Below, piece by piece: positions 1-12,600 of a DNA stretch of 64,000 nucleotides. The notes under the pieces were generated by a model. The model had not been told where the DNA came from, made no database searches, and saw nothing but the letters and a program-made list of their open reading frames with translations. The translations under genes and the position numbers were made by a program. The DNA is from Marsupella aquatica (Eukaryota; Plantae; Marchantiophyta), in the NCBI GenBank assembly GCA_973895155.1, contig OZ316897.1:15375375-15439374 (forward strand), written 5' to 3'. Positions within the stretch are counted from its first letter, which is position 1. Every line of letters begins with the position of its first letter.

Positions 1-310
1 CTAACCATAGTTAGGCTAACTCGGGTTAGGACCTAGCTAAGGTTAGCGGTAGTGCTGTTGTGCATATAGCCAGGGCTGATGCCAGACCCTGGTGGAACTT
101 AGGCTCATTGTTACGGAGCTAGTTGAGAGATAGGGAGAGCTTGTGCTGTGGATGCTTGGTATGGCCGGTCGGCCTAGAGTGCAGTAAAGCTCTTGTGTGT
201 TCCCGTGGACGTAGCCTCATGTGGAGGTGAACCACGTATCTCTCTGTGTCGACTATTGTGCGTTGGATGGTTCATGGGCTTGCCGTTGCGAATGTCGTCT
301 ATGCTCAACA
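1..310 (+). repeat. 5' LTR (partial)
   Basis: Matches 6331-6640 except at positions 8, 23 and 58; ends CTCAACA just before the PBS. Confidence 0.96.
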
Positions 311-312
311 AG

Positions 313-324
313 TGGTATCAGAGC
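313..324 (+). promoter_or_regulatory. Primer-binding site (initiator tRNA-Met)
   Basis: TGGTATCAGAGC, 2 nt after the LTR end. Confidence 0.93.
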
Positions 325-2026
325 ATGCCTGGGAGGTGACGAGGTTTTTTCATGACAGGTGTTTTCCAGCGTTCATTGTCGATGGTACATTCAGAGTTTC
401 ATTGCATGAAACTCGATTGTGTGTGGCTGAGCGGATAGGTTAGTGAGAGGGCATTCTAACGGTGGTTAGAGCTCGCTGATCGGTATCCGTGGTGCAGAGG
501 AATTGAAGTTTGTATTGTTCAGGGTTTATTCGTGTTCGACGGTATTTCGGGGGAGAAACCAGAGATCGTTTCTTCAACGGTGTGAGCTGTGCGGTGTGCG
601 GGGCGTCGCATGTGATAGTTCAAGTTGAAGGTTGGAGCGTGCTGGTCGTTTTTGTATCTAGTTTGCTGACGTTTGCGGAACGAGTGCGTCGTGACGAGTG
701 AAGGAGGCGTTCTGGTTTTTTGACAAGCTATGGTGCTTGTTTTTCCCTGAACCGGATTACTCGTCGTGACGCTTGACTCGGAGGAAGAAACGCGAAGTGC
801 TGAGGCTCAACGGAGAGATCGTGGCGAGACGGTCGTTTTGAGTCCGGGATTGGCACTTGACGCGGAGTGAAGGCGACGCAACAGAAGTTCTTTCTCTGGT
901 GGAGCTTCAGACGTGCCGGTGCAATTCAGAAACATTTTCATGTCGGCGGTCATCACTTTTCTCATTGGAAACCAAAGCGGAGGCGGCTAAGGTTTGTAAC
1001 ACGGCCTTTGTGTCATTTTGGGCACATTTTTAAGGTTAGTTTAGGGCATTTTTTGCCCCAATACGGCCCCAATACCCGACAAACCAGGTTTGCCATACGC
1101 CCCGGCACGCACACCGGCCTCCCACACCCCCTTAAGCGTGAAAACATGCTTTTTTGGGCCCAAATACGGCCAAAAACGCCCATATACGGCCCAAAAACGC
1201 GAAAATACGCGCGTTTTGACCCCTTTAAACCCGTTTTTTTCACATTTTTTGTTGTTTATACGCGATTCTGGCCATGAATACGCGCGCGTTGCCGCAAATA
1301 CGCACGCCTTTGCCAGGGGCTTTAAGACCCCTTTAGAGTGAGTTTTTCTGAATTTTTTTTCTCTCCTCCTCCTCATTGGTTGTGCCTCATCCCGGGCCTC
1401 CGTTTTAACCGCTCCGACAGGGGGAACGCCCCCCTGTGAGCCCTGTTGGATTGTGCGGGAATATTCCCAAAAAATAGAGAGCTGTTTTTTGGCCGTCACA
1501 CAAAAATTCTGTCCGCCGTACGGTAATTTTTTTGGTTCTTTTTTGGTGAGGACGTTGCCACTGGAGTTAGCAATGCGGCGCACCGATCACATCGCGATTC
1601 CAACGATAGGTTGTACTTGGTATTTCGGTTATTCTCTGAGGTGGTCAAAACGGTGGAGTTTCCCAAGGTTTTACCCACCCCGACCAAAATTTGAATAACT
1701 TTTCCGTCGAATTTTGATTTTGATTTCGGATTTCAGTATCGGACTCCTAGCTTCGTGGGCTACGCGGCGGTGTTGAGTTTTGAGTTTTATGAGAAGTTTC
1801 AAAAAAAGACGTTTTTTCGTGATTGTTTCATATGAGTGACTCGGAGGATACTAGAAGAATTGGCATCGGTGGAGCTTCAGGATCGTGACGGTTAGACGGA
1901 GAGTCTGAGGAGGAGCTGCTACCGTTTGAGGAGGAACTTATAACACCGGTACGATCACCGGTGCGGCGTGCAGTGGAGGAAGTTGTGTTACTACCAGAGC
2001 TGTCGGTAGTAGGGAAGAAGAGGGAG

Positions 2027-5000
2027 ATGGCTAGATTTGGAGGAGTGAAGTTTGAGGTGGAGAAGTACGATGGTCGTACTGATTACTTGCTCTGGGAGAA
2101 GCAAGTGAAGGGTGTTCTACGGGCCATGGGCTTAGCTCATCTGCTTTCATCGCGAGAGCAGTATGATGGAGAGGAGGAGATTTCAGTGAGGCAATGGAGA
2201 CAGGAGCAGGTGATTGCTGTCAATGCAGTGATGCTATATCTCAAGCCGCACATCATCAAGCAACTGGATGATTATGCAAATTGCGCGACACTGTTCAAGG
2301 CTCTAAGAGAGAAGTACTACCGGGAAGATACGTCAGACCGGTTGTACAAGAAGTCTCTCTTGATGAGCCTCAGGCTCAAGAAAGGGAGTAAGATGCAGGA
2401 TCACCTGGATGAGTTTGACAGTCTAGCGGTTGATCTGTCAAACCTGGGAAAAGGAGTTGAAGATGAGGATAAGGCCTTGCTTCTGCTAAGCTCCTTACCG
2501 CCGTCATATCAGGGCTTGAAACAGGTGCTCTTGTACAGAGATCTGAAGTCCATTTCGTATAATGAGGTGGTAAGCTCTTTATTGTCTGATGATGCTCAGA
2601 AGAAGTTGGGTCAATCATAGACAGCATCTTCTTCTGGCACTATGCTCAATGTGAACAGGGGAAGAACAACGCAGCGCACGAATGGGCAGAACAGGTTTAG
2701 ATCTACATCACGGGGGAGATCTAAATCCAGAGGAAAATCGCAAGAGAGGAAGCCTCTTGCATGTTGGAATTGTGGCAAGCCAGGCCACATGAAAAGGGAT
2801 TGTCGAGTAAAGGTCCCTACTGCCTCTGCTAACGCAGCATCGAGCTCGCATGAGGTAGATTTACTCGATGATGATGACATATTGTGATGTCAAGGTTATG
2901 CTCTCAACGTAGTGTCAAATCCAGGTAGTGATGACTGGATTCTAGATAGTGCATGTACTTTTCACATTTTCTCTAAAAGAGATTGTTTCAGTTCTTACAC
3001 GGTTTCCAACAGGTCAGTGTTGATGGGAAATGGAATCCCATGTCAAGTTGTTGGACTTGGATCTGTAAGATTTTAAATGTTTGATGGTGTTGTGAGAACA
3101 TTGAGGAATGTGAGACATATTCCCAGCATGATGAAAAATCTCATTTCACTTGGAGTTTTAGAGACAAATGGTCATCAGTGAAGTTCTGCTAATGGTGTCC
3201 TTCAGGTTTCAACTGGTACTAAAGTTGTATTGAAGGGAAAGAGACATTGCAATTTGTACGTTATGGAGGATAGTGTAGTCTATGATGAACCCAATGTAAC
3301 CTTATCTCATGAGGAGACAGCCCGGCTGTGGCACTTCCGTTTAGGTCACATGAGTGAAAAAAGTTTGGTTATTCTTCAGAAGAAAGGATTACTTTCTAAT
3401 TTGCAATCTTGTAAGTTGGAATTTTGTGAGCACTGTTTGCTAGGGAAGCAACACAGGAAACCCTTCGGAGTTGGAACTCACACCAGCAAGGAGGTACTTG
3501 AGTATGTACATAGTGATGTGTGGGGTCCCGCCCCTACTCCCTCACATTCTGGACGGTTATACTATGTCACGTTCATTGACGATTACTCAAGGTATGTGTG
3601 GATATACTTTATACACAATAAGTTTGATGTTTTTGCCACTTTTAAGGAGTGGAAAGCCCAAGTTGAAAATCAGACTGGTAATAAGGTGAGATATCTTCGA
3701 TCGGACAACGGCGGTGAATACAGTTCCAGTGAATTTGGAACGTATTGTAAGGAGCAAGGGATTACCCACCATCTCACAACAAGCTATACTCCTCAGCAGA
3801 ATGGTGTTTCTGAGAGACTCAACCGAACACTATTGGACCGCTCGAGGAGTATGTTGAGTCAATCATGCTTACCACATGAGTTTTGGGCTGAAGTTGTCAA
3901 CACTACAGCTTATTTGGTAAATTTTTCTCCATCCAGTTCTATTGGATTCAAGATGCCATTTGAAATGAGGTACGGGCGTCCAACAGATTACTCACATTTG
4001 AGGATTTTTGGATGTGATGCTTATGTGCTTACACCTTCCCAGCTTCGATCCAAGCTGGAGTCCAAGTCGAAGAAGTGCATTTTCCTTGGTTATCAGAAAG
4101 GTGTGAAGGGTTATAGGTTATGGGATCCAGTAACCTGTAAGCTAATTGTCAGTAGAGATGTGTCCTTTAATGAATCCAGATCATCAAAGGAGGGGGAGAG
4201 TTCTCAAGACTCCCATACTAACAAGGGGAAATCTCCCATCCCGGACCGGGTTGAGGGGGAGATTAGTCATGATGCAGTTCATGACAGAAGAGATAGAGAA
4301 GCTTCGGGCTTGGAGCTGGTTCCTGTGATGGAACAAGAGGAGCAAATTGTTGCTGGGGTACCTCAAATTCAACCAGCAGCAGCAACAGATCAGCCTGAGT
4401 CATCTACTAGAAGAACTTCCAGTCGTTCTACTAGAGTTCCTACCAGGTATGGTCAATGGGCAGATTCATCTAAGCTAGATGATATTGACATTGCACCTGA
4501 TGAAGATGATATGACTTTGATCTTGGAAGAAGGAGAGCCTTCTTCGTATAGTGAGGCTTGTGCTTCAGAGCAGAAGCATGAGTGGAATGCAGCAATGCAG
4601 AGGGAGTTGCAATCTTTGAGTGACAACAAGACATGGGAGCTGGTGGAGCTTCCAAGAGGTCAACAAGTGGATTTACAAGTTGAAGGACAATCCTTCAGAG
4701 GGTGGAGATAAGATCTACAAGGCAAGGCTTGTTGCCAAGGGGTTCACTCAGGATAAAGGAGTGGATTACAATGAGGTCTTTTCACCGGTGGCTAAGGCCA
4801 CAATTCGGATCTTGTGTCAGCTTGTTGTGTTTTTTAATCTGGTGATGGATCAGATGGATGTTGTTACTGCTTTTCTCTATGGCAACTTGGAAGAGATGAT
4901 CTTCATGAGACAGCCACTAGGCTTTATGAAGAAGGGCCAAGAGAACTTAGTTTGCAGATTGCTCAAATCCTTGTATGGATTGAAGCAGTCTCCCAGACAG

Positions 5001-6089
5001 TGGAACAAGCGGTTTGATGATTTCATGCTTGCTCAAAGTTTTACAAAGATGGTGTATGATCCTTGTGTGTATACGAAATCAGTCAAGAATGATGTATTTG
5101 GTTTCATCATTCTGGTGATCTATGTGGATGACATGCTAATTGTGGCTAAAGATCAATCTGAGGTTGACAGTCTCAAGGCGAAATTGAGCGCTGAATTCAA
5201 GATGAAGGATCTTGGTAAGGCCAAGAGGATCTTAGGGATGGAGATTTTTAGGAACTCTAAGACTGGACAGTTGTGCTTGAGTCAAGGCCAATATGCAAGG
5301 AAAGTACTTGCACGATTCAACATGGAGAATTGTAAGCCAGTGAGTATTCCTTTAGCTTCACATTTCAAGTTATCATCGGCTTTCTCTCCTACGGATGCTG
5401 TGCAGAAAGGTCTGATGGCTAAGATTCCTTATGAGAAGGCAGTAGGCAGTCTGATGTATTTGATGACTTGTACTAGGCCTGACTTGGCCCTAGCGATGGG
5501 CAAGGTTAGCAGATTCATGTCAAATCCAAGGAAGGTACATTGGGAAGCTGTGAAATGGATTCTCAGATATGTGAAAGGAACACAGGACTATGGATTACTA
5601 TTTGATAACAGATCAAATAGAACGTTAGTTGGCTATGTAGATTCTGACTATGGAGGCTGTCTGGATACAAGGAGATCTACAACTGGGTTTGTATACACTC
5701 TTGGAGGAGGATGTATCAGTTGGAAATCTACCTTGCAAAAGTGCATATCTTAGTCTACTACAGAAGCAGAGTATGTTGCAGCAGTAGAAGCTGCAAAGGA
5801 AGCAATTTGGTTGGATAAGTTGATCGCGGAGATGGGTTTAGAGCATGGAAAAATGACTCTAAACTGTGATAGTCAAAGTGCTCTTCACTTGGCTGCTAAC
5901 CAGGTGATGGATAGTAGGGTGAAGCACATTGATATCAGGTACCATTTTATCAGGCAAGCAGTGTCTGATAAAACTTTTGAGCTAGTCAAGATTGATGGAA
6001 AGCTCAATCCCGCTGATGCCTTTACCAAAGTGATTCCTTTGGAGAGTTTCTCAAGACACCGTGCTACTTTGCAGGTTTTGCAGTTGTAG
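2027..6089 (+). pseudogene. Disrupted copia gag-pol polyprotein
   Basis: Gag MARFGGVKFEVEKYDG; zinc knuckle CWNCGKPGHMKRDC; protease WILDSACTFH; integrase LWHFRLGH, HSDVWGP, LRSDNGGEY; RT KARLVAKGF, YVDDML; RNase H VDSDYG, KHIDIRYHF. In-frame stops at 2618, 2885, 3074, 3179 and 5751; frameshift near 4665. Confidence 0.95.
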
Positions 6090-6296
6090 TGCAAGTAGAG
6101 TTATTTAGCAATGTGTGACTATTTGTATATGGATTACTCATTCCTGTTAGGCTACGGCTTAGTTCTAGTTAACCCTTAGTTAACCCTTGTGGTTTTTAGG
6201 GGGAGACCTGGTTTGGTGATTGTCTAGAACTTCCCGCTGAGGATTCCATATGGTAGCATTTAGTCCAGTCCCCAAGACAAGAGTCAAGGGGGAGTT

Positions 6297-6640
6297 TGTT
6301 AGATATTGCTCTAGTCTTGTGACTCTTGTGCTAACCACAGTTAGGCTAACTCAGGTTAGGACCTAGCTAAGGTTAGCGGTAGTGCTGCTGTGCATATAGC
6401 CAGGGCTGATGCCAGACCCTGGTGGAACTTAGGCTCATTGTTACGGAGCTAGTTGAGAGATAGGGAGAGCTTGTGCTGTGGATGCTTGGTATGGCCGGTC
6501 GGCCTAGAGTGCAGTAAAGCTCTTGTGTGTTCCCGTGGACGTAGCCTCATGTGGAGGTGAACCACGTATCTCTCTGTGTCGACTATTGTGCGTTGGATGG
6601 TTCATGGGCTTGCCGTTGCGAATGTCGTCTATGCTCAACA
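6297..6640 (+). repeat. 3' LTR (344 bp)
   Basis: Follows PPT AAGGGGGAG; TG...CA ends; copy of the 5' LTR. Confidence 0.96.
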
Positions 6641-8040
6641 TTAGCAACAGGTGTAGGAAAAAGTGTTTGTCCATAATTCAGTCTCCACGAGGTTTTCAAT
6701 GAAAAAACAGAAAAGTCATGTAATCACACTGGCACAGAATGGGTTGGGCTGTAATTAAACTCAATGTTGTATCGAATGGGAGGCACTTTTGACCGAAAAG
6801 CATCAACAATTATTATTTGACTTTGCACATACTGGAGAGTGGATCCAGAAGACTGTTTGGGACCCACATACCCAATCCACAGTATTATTGAGAACAATCA
6901 TAAGTGTCTTCTTCGGATCCTTGAGCATAATATTATTGTTGAAGTTTGACTACGCAATGCATGCTATTCCTCTCACCTACTGGGCCACCAATCCAGACTT
7001 CCTTTTTGAGACCGGTTGGTTGTTAGACAACAATGCCTTGGCCCTGGTCCAATCCATCACAAAGACACAAAGCGCTTTGTGGGTCATCTCCCAGATTAAC
7101 TTACTACTGTAGGTCCTATCCGCCCAAGAGAATGATGAGAGAATGATGCAAGGGAAAGTGACAGGTGCAAGTGCATCCTGAAATTGTACTCCTCACAAGG
7201 TTTGAGAATCGCAACACATCCCCGATTCAATGAAGGATTTCAAAGTCAGTGTGAGAGCCAATGCGAAGAATCAGCCTGGAGAGAGAGCACACAACAATGA
7301 AGATGATGATCAGGTGAAATTCTTCATAGGCAAAGAATGTTTCTAAGAAACTTCTGTTGAGGGAACCAGCATGTGCGTCAAGCATCGTGTTTTGTGCTGC
7401 TGCAGACTATACTGAAACTCCCAAACCACAGCCCGTTCAATGCAAAGTAGATTTGGCTTGCAATTCGGGATGGATCAATCTCGGGATCAATGGTGATTTA
7501 TAATAATGTGAATCAGTGCCAACGACAGTAGTCGATTGACGTGTTGGGACAAAAGAAGATATTGTGACAATGCATAAGACTCTCTCAATGCTGCCCTCAA
7601 CAATGCTGCAAGCTTTAGCTAGAATTGTCTCAGAGTTGTAGAATACCAGACAAGAACGGTCGGTAAATGGGGAAACAGACGGTGCCTACTGCATACCTAG
7701 CCACACTCAAATGTCATTGTACATCCTCACAATCTAGGACAACAGTAAGGCTGGATGACAAGTGCTGGGTTTAATTTCATTTCTCCGAGTCAAAAGTCTT
7801 GTCAAAATAGTGCTGCTGACTTCACTCAAGAATTTGTTTTTGTCGAGTCAAGTCCATCAAATTGATCCACACTCTAATTGTCCATGCCTTCAAATTTGAT
7901 ACTTCTTGTTCAGGTTGGCTTCCCAGATGCTTGGTAGCATCTCCATGGCTTCAAATTCGATGATGAGGGCATCCATGAAGCTCTGGAAGTCCATTTGTGA
8001 TTGAGATTGCTGAACTATGGTTCAATCTGCTCACTGAAGA
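6641..8040 (-). mobile_element. Possible highly degenerate Ty3/gypsy gag-protease remnant, into which the copia inserted
   Basis: Stop-riddled minus-strand fragments in gypsy order: DFQSFMDALIIEFE (gag-like), LKSFIESG (LIDSG-like) and a frameshifted patch resembling the pre-RT LPP..IEL motif. Similarity is weak. Confidence 0.35.
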
Positions 8041-8102
8041 AATTGAAATTGGGCAAGGCAAAGAGGATACCCTGAGCACCTATCCAGTCCCAAGTCTACT
8101 AC

Positions 8103-8170
8103 TGGCTTTGGTCAGTTGGCCAGGGATAGCCTAGAACCAAGACTGAGGGTCCCAGGTTCAATCCCCCCTC
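8103..8170 (+). other. tRNA-like head (possible SINE remnant)
   Basis: A-box-like TGGTCAGTTGG and B-box-like GGTTCAATCCC at tRNA-like spacing; no cloverleaf. Confidence 0.35.
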
Positions 8171-8379
8171 TTCACTCAAGGGGTGTGGAGGGTATGTGTG
8201 TGCATGTGTGGGTGGGGTGCAGTAGTGGGAGTCCTGAGTTCTCCTCAGCCCCTGGCTAGCCCACTTTGGGGCCCTGGTTCAACCCATTCTCCGTCCTGGT
8301 CTGGGTCACTCTCAAATCCCTGGGTATCGACCCCCCTTGTGGGCTACCTTACAGTGGTGCATACTCCAAAGTAGAACAC

Positions 8380-8926
8380 CTTTTTTCACAACAACAGCTC
8401 TAATGCAACAACATTGTTTCCACAACATCATTTATGCAATGGAATTTTTTGTGCAACAACATCTTTTACATATCAACTTTTACATAAAAAAAATTATGCA
8501 ATCTTTTGCAAATTGATATGTTTTTCACAACTACATCTTTCATGTAACACCATCAACAATTTTGTTTCCACAAGGACATCTTTTATGTAACACCATCAAC
8601 AATTTTGCTTCCACAACGACATCTTTTATGCAATGAAATTTCTTGTGCAACAACATCTTTTACACATCAACAGTTTTGTGTAACATCTCTTATGCATAGA
8701 CATCTTTTAACCCACACCATCTTTTGTGCAAAGTACGGGTAATGAACATTTTTGTGTAACATCTTTTATGCCACACCATCATTTGTGCAAAGCACTGGTA
8801 ATGAACATTTTGAGTAACATAGTTTATGCCACGGCATCTTTTGTGCAAAGCACGGGTAATGAACATTTTTGCGTAACATTGTTAATGCCACACCATCTTT
8901 TGTGCAATGCAGTGCTAATGAACTAG
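8380..8926 (+). mobile_element. Non-autonomous Helitron 3' portion
   Basis: CAACATCTTTT-type repeats, then ~62-bp units containing GTGCAAAGCACGGGTAATGAAC; ends ...GAACTAG|T at 8926. Related to the end at 18621. Confidence 0.65.
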
Positions 8927-9370
8927 TGTAGTCTAATTATATAATTGCAACCAAAAACTAAGTGCCTAACTTAATTGAAGTTGCTGGTGGGAGTGGGGAA
9001 ACTTGGATGGGAGAGTGAGTCTGTGAAATGGCAGGAAACTTTGATAGGGGAGAGTGAGTCTCTCAAAATGGAAAATGGCAGCACATGCTTGAATGTACTC
9101 ACCTTAAGCTAGTGCCATCAAAATTCTAAGCTCTTCATTTGGATGAACAAAAGATCTGGGGTTTACGCTCGTTAGCTGGGGGGAGATCGAGCTAGAGTAG
9201 CTCGCAGGCCCCAAGTTTGCATTCGATTATTGCAGATGTTGAACTGGATTGAGATTCGGTTGCACCCATCTCAATGGCGGAATGGCGGAATGGCGGAAGC
9301 GCAGAGCCGGGGGGCATTGGTCTTCGAGCAGAGCGTGGGCGGACGTGGGCGGAAGAAGAGGTGAAGGAAA

Positions 9371-9635
9371 GTATCAGGGAGTTCAATGTCTAGGGAGAGA
9401 AGGGAAAAATGCGAGAGCGGGTTCATTGAGGGAAGTGTGGAGGAGAGGGATTGCTAGCTATGAGTGAAGTCATGAAAGGAAGCAGCTTCGTCCTGCCGGA
9501 AATTCTGTACCAGGGAGTTCAATGTCTAGGGAGAGAAGGGAAAAATGCGAAGGCCGGTTCATTGAGGGAAGTGTGGAAGAGAGGGATTGCTAGCTATGAG
9601 TGAAGTGATGAAAGGAAGCAGCTTCATCCTGCCGG
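9371..9635 (+). repeat. 136-bp tandem duplication spanning the PPR start codon
   Basis: GGGAGTTCAATGTCTAGG...CTATGAGTGAAGT...CTGCCGG occurs twice; ATGs at 9460 and 9596. Confidence 0.9.
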
Positions 9636-12600
9636 GGTTCGGGGCGCCGGTGCAGATACTGCCTCAGCAGCAGCAGGCCCCGCACCTCTCCTCTTGCTCC
9701 ATCATCCTCTCGTTCCAGTATTGTCGACACTGTCAACGCGTTCGCCAGCATTCCTCGCATACCATCAGGTTAGGTCGATCCCAAGGTTTATATCTACATT
9801 TAATTTTTGTGCTTCGTTGTTGTTTACTTTCTGTCCTTCTGGACGTAAATAGGCATTACTGTCTGCTTGTTGTGACCTTCGCTTAGATTTCGTTTCTGAC
9901 TCTTCTGTTGCTACACTTGGAAAATTTTCCGCGCATGTTCCAATCTATAATTTGCCTCTGTTAACTCCTTCAGTGACTCATTTTTATTCATTTGGAGGTA
10001 CTCGAATTTAGGGTTGGACATAGGCTAATGGGAATAAATCTCCTGTGAATTCAATGGAGGATTGCTTCCCTTCCGTTCTCACAAAAGTTCTCCGTTGCAC
10101 ACATTCCTTCGTCGCTTCTTTAGATTGTAGAGCATTGCCCACCATTTTCCTTCCCTCTAACTTCTAAATTGTATGTTTCCATTTTTTCAGGCGTCAGAGC
10201 CAGTGGGTGCTTCGTCTGGCTAATAAATTACAAAATGGCAGTTTTTGTTTGATGCATTTCCCATCTTCTTTTTATGGAGATGCCAGAGTGCTGAAACAGC
10301 ATAGGCCATGGCCGAAGGAAAAGGTTAAGGAAGCATTCAATTTGTATCCCAGCAGCGAACCGAAGAGAACTGTTGATGTACAGTCTTGCAATCGACCGCG
10401 TGACGAAGGTCATCGACGCCCGGGGAATTGTTCCTTTCCAGTCACCCAGCTCCTCACTGCACTTGAGCCTCAATTCCCTTCCCAAGCAAGCGTAGATCAG
10501 AGCAAGACGCGGGACTTGAATGCTCCTGGGAATTTAAAGCAAATTACTTCGTCATCAACGCTCGAAGTTGTTCAGCCGGGTTTGAGGGCTAGCTCTAAGT
10601 CAGTACCCACAGTGAGCATTGTCTCAGGGCATAGACGGTCCTGGCGAGCGGAGAAGACGACATCTGATCAGCGACCCCCAAGTGCAATTAATGGACGACC
10701 TGGTCCAAGGCTTGAAACGAGCTCGATGCCTGGTAAACAACCTCTCCGAAGATGCTCGAACAGAACTGCTTCTAGCGATTCAAACCCAAATTTCAGTAAG
10801 CAAATCGAAGCTGGAGTAGGAGCGCAGCATGTATCACAGGAAGTCCCGAAAACCGAGGAGCAGCTCAGGAAGACAGTTTGGAATGATGGCCGGTCAACCC
10901 CAGGAGGCATATTGCAATCTCTTGCCAATTATGGCAGGAGAGATTGGTCTCCAGACACTGCACAAAGGAATGGCAGTACGCACACGCATAGCGCTGGTAC
11001 TGCGAGTGAAGCACTTTCTTTTTTACAGAATCGTCTACAACGAGGTATTACTGTCGACTCGTACCTGTATGTTGATGTTCTGAGAAGGTGTTCGAAACAG
11101 AAAGACCTTTTAACGGCCAAGCAGGTTCATCAAGGCATCAGTCAGAGTGGGATGGTTAAGAACCCATATGTGGCGAGTTCCCTCGTGAATGTGTATATCC
11201 AATGCGGGGAATTGTTGGCCGCACGGCTAGCTTTTAATCAACTTAAGAAAAAGAGTGTTGTTACTTGGAACACAATGCTTGCAGGATATGCTAAGAGTGA
11301 TGATGCTGAATCGGCACTGGAACTTTTCAAATTAATGCGCCAAGATGGTGTGCAGCCTGATGAGGTCACATATCTGTGCCTCCTAAAGGCATGTGCCAGC
11401 CCACTAGCTCTAGCCTGGGGAAAACAAGTTCACGAGTATGTTCGACATGCCGGATTTGAATCAGGTGTGAAAGTAGGGACTGCCCTCCTTAAGATGTATG
11501 CGAAGTGTGGGTGGATCACAGAGGCAAGGCGAGTTTTTGAAGATTTGACCAATCGAGATGTCATCACGTGGAACATCATGATTGGAGCATACGCAGAATG
11601 TGGTCGTGGCGTCGAAGCATATGAACTGTTTCTTCAAATGATACGGGGAGGCTTTGAACCAGATGCATTCACTTACATGAGCATTCTGAATGCATCTGCA
11701 AGTGCCGGGGCTTTGGAGTGGGTGAAGGAGGTTCATGGCCATCTTAGGGAAGCGGGATTAGAGTCAGATTTGCGTGTGGGCAATGCACTGGTTCACATGT
11801 ATGTAGAGAGTGGCAGTATAGATGACGCACGAAGACTTTTTGACAGAATGGAGAAACGGGATGTAGTCACGTGGACTGTAATGATCGGTGGACTTGCACA
11901 ACAAGGATGTGGGCATGACGCATATCGACTGTTTCTCCAAATGCGACGGGAAGGCTTGGAACCAGATGCAATCACTTATATGACCATCCTCAATGCATCT
12001 GCAAGTGCAGGGGCTTTGGATTGGGTGAAGGAGGTTCATAGCCATGCTAGCAAAGCAGGACTGGAGTCAGATGTGCGTGTGGGCAATGCCCTGGTTCACA
12101 TGTATGCAAAGAGTGGCAGTATACATGAGGCCCGACGAGTTTTTGACAGAATGGAGAAACGTGATGTAGTCACATGGACTGGAATGATAGGTGGACTTGC
12201 CCAGCATGGATGTGGGCATGAAGCATATCGACTCTTTCTGCAAATGCAACGGGAAGGTTTGGAACCAAACGCTTTCACTTATGTGAGTCTTCTCAATGCG
12301 TCTGCTAGTACAGGGGCGTTGGAGTGGGTGAAGGACGTTCATGAGCATGCGAACAAAACGGGACTCGAGTCCAATTTGCGTGTGGCCACTGCACTGGTTC
12401 ACATGTATGCAGAGAGTGGCAGTATAGATGACGCCCGACGAGTTTTTAACAGAATAGAAAAACGGGATGTATTCACATGGACTACCATGATCGGTGGACT
12501 TGCGCACCATGGATGTGGGTATGAGGCCCTGGCACTCTTCAGAAAAATGAATGCGGAGCTTGTGAAGCCCAACGGGACTACACTTGGGGCAGTGTTATCA

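Larger units (their letters stand above)
1..6640 (+). mobile_element. Ty1/copia LTR retrotransposon, full-length but defective (5' LTR begins ~34 bp before the window)
   Basis: LTRs 1-310 and 6297-6640 (TGTT...AACA) with 3 transitions in 310 bp; PBS TGGTATCAGAGC 313-324; PPT 6286-6294; domain order gag-PR-IN-RT-RH; right flank TTAGC (left TSD outside window). Confidence 0.97.

Noticed and set aside
2855-2894. GT-AG mini-intron removing the gag stop
   Set aside because: Only 40 nt, and removal would put pol out of frame.
11461-12510. Repeated antisense ORFs
   Set aside because: Shadows of the PPR triplets.
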